Shown here one piece after another: positions 57,966 to 64,000 of a stretch of DNA of 64,000 bases (positions are counted from its first letter, which is position 1; each line of letters starts with the position of its first letter). This DNA comes from a virus. The stretch lies in IMG/VR virus record IMGVR_UViG_3300020220_003261. One strand, 5' to 3'. The position numbers were made by a program, and so were the translations under genes. Below the pieces are notes generated by a model, which was not told the DNA's origin, made no database searches, and worked only from the letters and a program-made list of their open reading frames with translations.

Positions 57966-58286
57966 ATGAGTTACATTATAGGAAGTAAATGTGTGAGTTG
58001 TGTTGATGGTTCATGTTTAAAGGTTTGTCCTGTAGATTGTATTCACGGACCCTTTGATCCGAATGGTAATGGTTCTGAATTATCATCACTGGAAAAAGAT
58101 TCATTAACCGATAAACAATTATACATAAATCCAGATGTTTGTATAGATTGTGGAGCATGTTTACCTGAATGTCCAGTTGATGCAATTCATGCTAATGAAG
58201 AAACCGCCACGGCTTTTGGTGAAATTGAATATGTTCATAAAAACTATAATTTTTTTAATTTAATTTACAAATCTAGAAATTTTTAA
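57966..58286 (+). CDS. 4Fe-4S dicluster (7Fe/8Fe) ferredoxin
   Basis: CVSCVDGSCLKVCPVDCI and CIDCGACLPECPVDAI; start moved to ATG 57966. Confidence 0.92.
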   Translation: MSYIIGSKCVSCVDGSCLKVCPVDCIHGPFDPNGNGSELSSLEKDSLTDKQLYINPDVCIDCGACLPECPVDAIHANEETATAFGEIEYVHKNYNFFNLIYKSRNF

Positions 58287-58288
58287 AA

Positions 58289-59167
58289 ATGTCACGAACT
58301 AAACAACTTAAAGAGTTACCTGAAAATAACATCAATCTGTATAATTTATTTTCATTTTTTTCACCTGAGAAAAAAAGTAAGTATACTGAACTTCTTTTAA
58401 GATTGATGAAAAATACACCAAATCTAAATGATGTTTGTGGTGAAGTCAAATCAACATTAAAAAAAGAATTTAATTTTGTTGATTCGGATTTCGAAAACAT
58501 CCATACAATGGAAATTTTATTTTTTTATAAAATTTTAGAATCATTATTTGAGTTTAGTGATCTTAGATCCTATCAAAAATTTTGTCAATTTAATGAAAAG
58601 GGATTAATAAAGCAAAACGATTTGAGTAAATACAAATCTTTACAAGAAATTTTAAATCAAGTGAGTGTTACCGAATTAATTGCCGAGACAAAAATTTTAG
58701 AAAAACAAATAAAGATTGTATATGAAGACGAAACTTGGATTTTGATTAGACCACTAACATTTGTTTCTTCAAAAAAATACGGATCAAACACGAAATGGTG
58801 CACAACTACAGAAAATAATCCTGAATATTTTTATAAATACACTAAGAAGGGAATTTTAATTTATTGTATAAATAAAAAAACCGGATATAAAGTCGCAAGT
58901 TTTTGTTCTTTAGATGTTAATGATCCCGAATTTTCTTTTTGGGATCAAAAAGACAATAAAATAGATTCTTTGATAACGGAATTAACAGATGAATTAAGAG
59001 GTGTTATTCTTAAAGAGTGCACAAGTAAGGATAAAAAAACTAACTTTTTCTTGTTACCCGAAACAGAAAGAATAAAAGAAGAAGAGTTGATTAAAAGAAA
59101 TGTTCGTATCGCGGAAGAAAATGTAGTCACAGTTTGGCCCTCAACAAATGTTACGGTATCAAGATAG
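58289..59167 (+). CDS. Phage protein with PLT..G..TKWC motif (possibly PcfJ-related)
   Basis: IRPLTFVSSKKYGSNTKWCTT..YFYKY..GILIY. Confidence 0.6.
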   Translation: MSRTKQLKELPENNINLYNLFSFFSPEKKSKYTELLLRLMKNTPNLNDVCGEVKSTLKKEFNFVDSDFENIHTMEILFFYKILESLFEFSDLRSYQKFCQFNEKGLIKQNDLSKYKSLQEILNQVSVTELIAETKILEKQIKIVYEDETWILIRPLTFVSSKKYGSNTKWCTTTENNPEYFYKYTKKGILIYCINKKTGYKVASFCSLDVNDPEFSFWDQKDNKIDSLITELTDELRGVILKECTSKDKKTNFFLLPETERIKEEELIKRNVRIAEENVVTVWPSTNVTVSR

Positions 59168-59212
59168 TTAAAAAATATTCCACCTCGTAAATAAAATAAA
59201 AATCTAAAACCT

Positions 59213-59587
59213 ATGCCTATCAGTCCTTACGTTTTTCCTGGTATTAAAGAACAATACCGAACATCTTGTAGTAGGAAATATTTGAAGAGCGTGATTTCAC
59301 CCGAAGATGTTTTAAAGATTATTTCTGAAAATTGCAATGTTAATATAGAAGATGTCCTTTCTAAGACTAGAAAGAAAGATATGGTTGAGGCTAGACATAT
59401 ATTTTGTGCAATTATGAGAAATCATTTTGGTCATTCGTATACCACGATAGGTCAATTTATTGGACACAGAGATCACACAACTGTAATTCATTCAATCAAA
59501 GTATTCAACAACAGATGTTTTTGTGAAGAGGGATATAAAGAGTTGATTACCAACATTTTATATCAAATAGACACAAATATAAAGTAA
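59213..59587 (+). CDS. Stand-alone DnaA C-terminal (domain IV) HTH protein
   Basis: EDVLSKTRKKDMVEARHI..SYTTIGQFIGHRDHTTVIHS. Confidence 0.88.
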   Translation: MPISPYVFPGIKEQYRTSCSRKYLKSVISPEDVLKIISENCNVNIEDVLSKTRKKDMVEARHIFCAIMRNHFGHSYTTIGQFIGHRDHTTVIHSIKVFNNRCFCEEGYKELITNILYQIDTNIK

Positions 59588-59625
59588 AATATCATAAAAA
59601 ATTTTTTGATATTCTTATTTATACC

Positions 59626-59633
59626 TATATTTG
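59626..59633 (+). promoter_or_regulatory. Bacteroidota-type -7 element TATATTTG with upstream TTTG
   Basis: TTTG at 59605-59608; ATG at 59638. Confidence 0.55.
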
Positions 59634-59637
59634 TAAT

Positions 59638-60186
59638 ATGAGAACATTAATTATACATCCTGAAGATCCGAGCACAAGTTTCTTGGACATTGTTTATTCT
59701 CTAATCCCTGATAAAACAGTTATCACTGGTGGTGTTAGCAAAAGTGATGTTAGAAAACTTATTAAGGAACATGACAGAGTTATGATGATGGGACATGGTA
59801 ATCCTAGTGGATTGTTTAGTGTTGGTAAGTTTACTGATACAAGTGTTTTTATAATAGATAAGACAATGGTTAAGGAACTAAGTAGAAAGAAAAATAACGT
59901 TTTTATTTGGTGTAATGCTGATAGATTTGTTGAACAATTTGAACTTAATGGTTTTTATAGTGGTATGTTTATCAGTGAGGTCGGTGAGGCATATTATTGT
60001 GGTTTATTAGGAACCAAACAAGATATTGTTGATGAATCTAATTATGGTTTTTGTTCTATTTTATCTGAACACATAAATGAAGATACAAAGACAATTTATA
60101 AAAATGTCAGATCTCAATACAAACTTATTGCGAACGAAAATCCTGTTGCATTTTATAACTACAACAGATTGTATTGTTCCATATGA
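59638..60186 (+). CDS. Hypothetical protein with GHG / WCNA motifs
   Basis: MMMGHGNPSGL, FIWCNAD. Confidence 0.55.
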   Translation: MRTLIIHPEDPSTSFLDIVYSLIPDKTVITGGVSKSDVRKLIKEHDRVMMMGHGNPSGLFSVGKFTDTSVFIIDKTMVKELSRKKNNVFIWCNADRFVEQFELNGFYSGMFISEVGEAYYCGLLGTKQDIVDESNYGFCSILSEHINEDTKTIYKNVRSQYKLIANENPVAFYNYNRLYCSI

Positions 60187-60386
60187 AAAGAATAAAAAAT
60201 GTTTACATTAAGCAAGCGGTAGAAATGTCAGAAGAAGAAAAAAAATATATGATATTGAAATCCTCAATTGTTCAAAGTTTAATTTGTGATTGTGAATTAG
60301 GAAAAGTTGTTAGGGAAATGATGAATGAGAAAATAAAAAAATGTGATGAATATATTAATCACATGAAATCTTTAGAAAACAAGTAA
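60183..60386 (+). CDS. Hypothetical protein
   Basis: ATGA overlap with the previous gene. Confidence 0.5.
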   Translation: MKRIKNVYIKQAVEMSEEEKKYMILKSSIVQSLICDCELGKVVREMMNEKIKKCDEYINHMKSLENK

Positions 60387-60430
60387 TATGAAAATAACAG
60401 TAACATTTGATGAAAAAATAAAATGAGTTT

Positions 60431-61162
60431 ATGAAATTATTTGTTTTTGGGGATAGTTTTAGTGCAACATTCACAACATATGAAAATCATGATGGTGGTG
60501 AAAGTCAATATACAAAATATAAAAAATGGAGAGGTGGTAATTTTCCACCGATATGGCCGGAATTACTTTCAGAAAAATTAGGGTGTCAATTAAAAAATTT
60601 CAGTGAAGGTGGGTCGTGTAACTATAAAATATTTAATAAGATCTGTGATAATTGTAGGGATTTCGAAAATGGTGATATTGTAATTGTTGGTTGGACTTTT
60701 GTTACAAGATTTAGATTATCTAATAACAATAGTTTTGTTTCAATATCTTATTCAGATGTTGATGGACAAGAATACTGGGGTGGACATGAAGTGATAAAAA
60801 ATATTGCATTAAATAGAATGGAGTATTCCTATGTTAAAGAAATCTATAGTTTCGAGAACATTGTAGATGAACTTTGTAAAGTTAAAGGTGTGAATGTGTT
60901 TTATTGGTCAGCTGATGATTTAATAATCAATTCTGAACCATATGAATTTAGAAATAAAAACAAATACATGATACCAGAATGTGATAGAGGTATGTTAAGA
61001 TACTTGGAAATAAGATATGGTGCACAGAGAATATCTAAAGAAACTAGAATGGAAATTCATGATATGCATTTTGGTCAAGTTGGACATGAAGTCATGGCAG
61101 ATAGATTTCATAAATCAATGTTAACAAGAAATGTAATTAATTACAACACAAAATTAATATAA
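60431..61162 (+). CDS. SGNH/GDSL-like fold protein (close paralogue of 696..1376)
   Basis: FVFGDSFS, WP.LLS.KL, DIVIVGW, DMHFGQVGH..AD.F; ends NTKLI. Confidence 0.6.
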   Translation: MKLFVFGDSFSATFTTYENHDGGESQYTKYKKWRGGNFPPIWPELLSEKLGCQLKNFSEGGSCNYKIFNKICDNCRDFENGDIVIVGWTFVTRFRLSNNNSFVSISYSDVDGQEYWGGHEVIKNIALNRMEYSYVKEIYSFENIVDELCKVKGVNVFYWSADDLIINSEPYEFRNKNKYMIPECDRGMLRYLEIRYGAQRISKETRMEIHDMHFGQVGHEVMADRFHKSMLTRNVINYNTKLI

Positions 61163-61164
61163 TT

Positions 61165-61452
61165 ATGGAACATCATTTTAAATCTTCATTTACAAGAGGT
61201 GGTAATATTCTTACACCTGTGAAAATTACAATAACGGATAAACATGTAATTTGGAAAAAAAACAGAGGGTTGGATTGGTTATATTTAGCAAAAGATTCTG
61301 TAAGAATTAGTAAGAGAGCAGTGACGGGAGTAACATTGATAGATAATATTATCGGAATGACCGTATTAATTGAAACAAATGGTTCACCAGCAATTATTGC
61401 TGAAAATTTTACGCTTTCAGATGCGGAGCAGATTCAAGATCTTTTAACATGA
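61165..61452 (+). CDS. Hypothetical protein (possible bacterial PH-like fold)
   Basis: Beta-rich pattern TITDKHVIW..VTGVTL..VLIET. Confidence 0.45.
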   Translation: MEHHFKSSFTRGGNILTPVKITITDKHVIWKKNRGLDWLYLAKDSVRISKRAVTGVTLIDNIIGMTVLIETNGSPAIIAENFTLSDAEQIQDLLT

Positions 61453-61880
61453 AAAATTTTAAAATTTTTAAGGGTTATTATGATTTGACACCTGAACCTG
61501 AAATTATATCTCAAAACGAATATAATCGTAGAAGAGATTTGATGGCAGAAGAACAATATAGAACGAAATATTATGAACAAATGAGAATATTAGACGATCT
61601 TCTCGAGGAAAATAGATTTTATACTCGAAAAAGATTAAAATTTAATCCGCAATTTTGTACCAATATAAAAATATTTTTATATTCAATTTTATCCTCATGG
61701 AAAAAAATTAAAATTATTTTGTTTTTAATTACAATCACATCTTGTAATCCACAAATGCATATCATCGGTGTGGGTATGAGACATCATAATTTATCTCAAA
61801 ACAAAAAACAACCAAATAAACAAAGGAAACCTGTAAGAATTAATAATAGAATTCCATTTTTTATTTTTCAAAGTTTATAA
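61449..61880 (+). CDS. Hypothetical protein
   Basis: ORF track; hydrophobic LFLITITSC segment. Confidence 0.45.
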   Translation: MKNFKIFKGYYDLTPEPEIISQNEYNRRRDLMAEEQYRTKYYEQMRILDDLLEENRFYTRKRLKFNPQFCTNIKIFLYSILSSWKKIKIILFLITITSCNPQMHIIGVGMRHHNLSQNKKQPNKQRKPVRINNRIPFFIFQSL

Positions 61881-61881
61881 T

Positions 61882-62088
61882 ATGACACCAAGACAGTACA
61901 ACGAAATGATGAGACAAGCGGAAGTTATCGAGCAAGATAAAGAAAACAAAATGTTTCGTGATTTATGGGATCAATTTACCAAAGAGAACCCAAACCACAC
62001 TATTGAACAATATTCTGCATTTCAATGGTTATTCGGTGTTTTGGTTAGAGATAAAAAAAAAATTAGTAAAGACGTTTATGAAAAATAA
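61882..62088 (+). CDS. Hypothetical protein
   Basis: ORF track. Confidence 0.5.
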   Translation: MTPRQYNEMMRQAEVIEQDKENKMFRDLWDQFTKENPNHTIEQYSAFQWLFGVLVRDKKKISKDVYEK

Positions 62089-62201
62089 ACGGATCTATAT
62101 GGTTCATGGTAACAGATATAGAACGTAAAAATAAACACTCGAAAATTAATTTAATCGTACATAATTCCGAAGGATACTTAGAATAATGGTATTTATAAAA
62201 G

Positions 62202-64000
62202 ATGAATTTTGATCTTTTATTAGAGGAACTATTGAATGAACTATCAGGGGAAGAAATATATAAAAAATTCTACTCTAAGATTCCATATGAACAATTTTTA
62301 GAAATAGTATCTGCAGACCCACAATCTTCTGTTGAGGGTGGTAAAATTCAAAGAATGGGGAAATATGCAAAACTCCTCATAACACTTTTCCAAAAGGGTA
62401 CATTACAGTTTGAAGACTTAGATAAAGCCAAAGAATACCTTGAATATGTGTATCAACATAAGATACCGGTTGATTTGGGTAAGATTAAACAACTCGGGGA
62501 CTTATATAATATCGTTAAAGACTATATTGCTAAGGATACAAAGAGTTTAGATGAGATATTGAAGGTTTTATCCGAAGACGAATTTAAAGTCCTTCACGAC
62601 GGGGAAACGTGGTTTATTTTCCAACCTTTAACAGAGAAGGCTGCATGTTATTTAGGGGTTAGTACAGAATGGTGTACAACTTGGGGTCCCTACTCCCTAA
62701 ATAAAAAACACAAGGATAGAAGTAATCAATTTACAAATTATTCCTCAAAAGGTCCGTTATTCATAATGGTTAACAAAAATAATTTTGGTGACAAATACCA
62801 ATTTCATTTTGAAACAAATCAATTTATGGATAAAGATGATAGGAGAATTAATACTTCTAATTTCTTTTCCGATAAAAATAAGTTAGAAGTTTTACATTAT
62901 TTTTTTCCATCTCTTGTTAGAAAAGTAGACGAAAAACAAATGCGTTTGGAATTAAATAAAATAGATATTCTACCTGAAGAATTAGGTTTAACTATTTTTG
63001 AAAAATCAATAAAGAAGATAAATAACCCATTGACAAAGGCGATATTGGATAAAGATGTTGATACTGTTGTTGATTTAATGCAAGGTGCTGTTGATGTGGA
63101 TATTAATGATGCCAGAATAGAAATTATAGTTAGTGATTTACAATCCGATGTTCAACAACTCGAACAAAACATTGGTTGGTACGAATACGAGGCATCCAAT
63201 GGTTGGGAGTTTATCTATGATGATATGAGAGACAGAGGTATGGATGATGAATATGAGAAAGAAAAGTTGGAAGAATTTTTAAAACCATATTATGAACAAA
63301 ATGTAGATGATTTTAGAGATGCATTTAGTGTTAGAAATTTTGATGAATTTTTGAAATTATTTTTTGATAACTATATAAGTGAAGAAGATATTAAAGACGG
63401 ATTTTGGTCTGATATTGCTAATTTATCACACGAAAGTTATGAAAGTTTAAATGATGTACAGGTTAAGACCATAGAAAAAGATATACAATTTTTTAGTAAT
63501 AGAAGTAATCATACTATTAGTCTCAGTACTGTTAAGTTTTTACAATTTATTCTAAAGAAAAATATCACAGATATACCTTATAGGGATTTCTTAAATGAAG
63601 TTCTTGACGATTATGTTAATTATTGTGGTCACGGTGGTGAATTTGAAAGAATATATGATTATAATTTACAATACCCAAAGTATGGGGATAACAACTACTT
63701 AACAAAAGCAACAGACAAATACTTTAATAATATTTTAGAAAATAAAAAAAATAATATTGATTGTATTGAGCTTAGAAGAAAATTAAATGGTATTGTTGAA
63801 AAGTATTTTAAGAATTCAACAAGATACGAAAACGAACATATTATTGTTAGATTAAAATCAATGGGAATTGATTGTGCAAATGGTATGGTTAAAATAGAAT
63901 ATCAAAACAAAGATACTGGTGAACGTTTTGGTGGTTGGGGTGAGAAAGACGGTGTAAAGATTGATAATCTTGTTTCTTTATTAACTAACTATAAATTGTT
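62202..64000 (+). CDS. Large protein, 3'-truncated, with PLT..G..TEWC motif (paralogue of 58289..59167); not in ORF track
   Basis: ATG 62202 after TATTTATA (62190-62197); FQPLTEKAACYLGVSTEWCTT..KGPLFI..KYQFHF; start and final codons hand-checked in frame. Confidence 0.75.
   Translation, partial: MNFDLLLEELLNELSGEEIYKKFYSKIPYEQFLEIVSADPQSSVEGGKIQRMGKYAKLLITLFQKGTLQFEDLDKAKEYLEYVYQHKIPVDLGKIKQLGDLYNIVKDYIAKDTKSLDEILKVLSEDEFKVLHDGETWFIFQPLTEKAACYLGVSTEWCTTWGPYSLNKKHKDRSNQFTNYSSKGPLFIMVNKNNFGDKYQFHFETNQFMDKDDRRINTSNFFSDKNKLEVLHYFFPSLVRKVDEKQMRLELNKIDILPEELGLTIFEKSIKKINNPLTKAILDKDVDTVVDLMQGAVDVDINDARIEIIVSDLQSDVQQLEQNIGWYEYEASNGWEFIYDDMRDRGMDDEYEKEKLEEFLKPYYEQNVDDFRDAFSVRNFDEFLKLFFDNYISEEDIKDGFWSDIANLSHESYESLNDVQVKTIEKDIQFFSNRSNHTISLSTVKFLQFILKKNITDIPYRDFLNEVLDDYVNYCGHGGEFERIYDYNLQYPKYGDNNYLTKATDKYFNNILENKKNNIDCIELRRKLNGIVEKYFKNSTRYENEHIIVRLKSMGIDCANGMVKIEYQNKDTGERFGGWGEKDGVKIDNLVSLLTNYKL

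Noticed and set aside
761-58500. Short antisense or overlapping ORFs in the track (e.g. 761..1033, 9308..9535, 43600..43908, 54038..54382, 58273..58500)
   Set aside because: They lie opposite or inside well-supported genes and have the low-complexity F/L/S/I composition of antisense shadows.
62078-62186. Frameshifted small gene (MK.. then INGSIWFMVTD..)
   Set aside because: Only about 35 codons with no recognisable motif; indistinguishable from chance.
1-64000. Genome-wide TAG recoding
   Set aside because: Long genes are intact under code 11, TAG ends ordinary genes (7658, 13700, 16148, 59167), and only one internal TAG was seen.
1-64000. Eukaryotic giant virus or bacterial O-antigen locus
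   Set aside because: Operonic ATGA/TAATG overlaps, an S74 fibre, a peptidoglycan hydrolase and Bacteroidota-type promoters argue against a giant virus. The lack of wzx/wzy, transporters and housekeeping synteny argues against a host locus.
1-64000. tRNA, rRNA, transposase or integrase
   Set aside because: No T-loop or cloverleaf signatures and no DDE or tyrosine-recombinase motifs seen by eye; tRNAscan-SE would be needed to exclude tRNAs fully.

Overview
This window looks like part of a large, very AT-rich (roughly 25-30% GC by eye) tailed dsDNA phage genome. No capsid or terminase gene is present, so the call is inferred from the S74-chaperone tail fibre, the lysin, dense overlapping operons and many orphan genes. 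TAnnTTTG promoter-like motifs and A-rich leaders without Shine-Dalgarno sites point to a Bacteroidota host. About 1-39 kb is a modification island: nucleotide-sugar enzymes, about ten glycosyltransferase-like genes, methyl-, carbamoyl- and sulfotransferases, a PAPS module, and a TibC/Aah-like protein O-glycosyltransferase placed directly upstream of a Gly-Ser/Thr-repeat tail fibre. The best candidate for an undescribed system is at 7.7-16.1 kb. There, one gene fuses a circularly permuted ATP-grasp-like ligase, a Hint domain that keeps its C-terminal His-Asn, and a 29-aa six-Cys peptide. The surrounding run of tailoring-type enzymes (3 2OG-Fe(II) oxygenases, a radical SAM protein, a GAMT-like methyltransferase, 3 sulfotransferase-like proteins, an SDR and an SGNH-like protein) almost all end in the same basic-then-hydrophobic C-terminal tag, about K-x-[LI]-[ILFM]-stop. 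From 39 to 64 kb lie a stand-alone Hint protein, thyA, IscA, a ferredoxin, PcfJ-like paralogues, a three-domain lysin, two orphan DNA methyltransferases, a stand-alone DnaA domain IV and two candidate structured ncRNAs. I saw no tRNA, rRNA, CRISPR array or transposase. All family calls come from motif recognition by eye; no searches were run.
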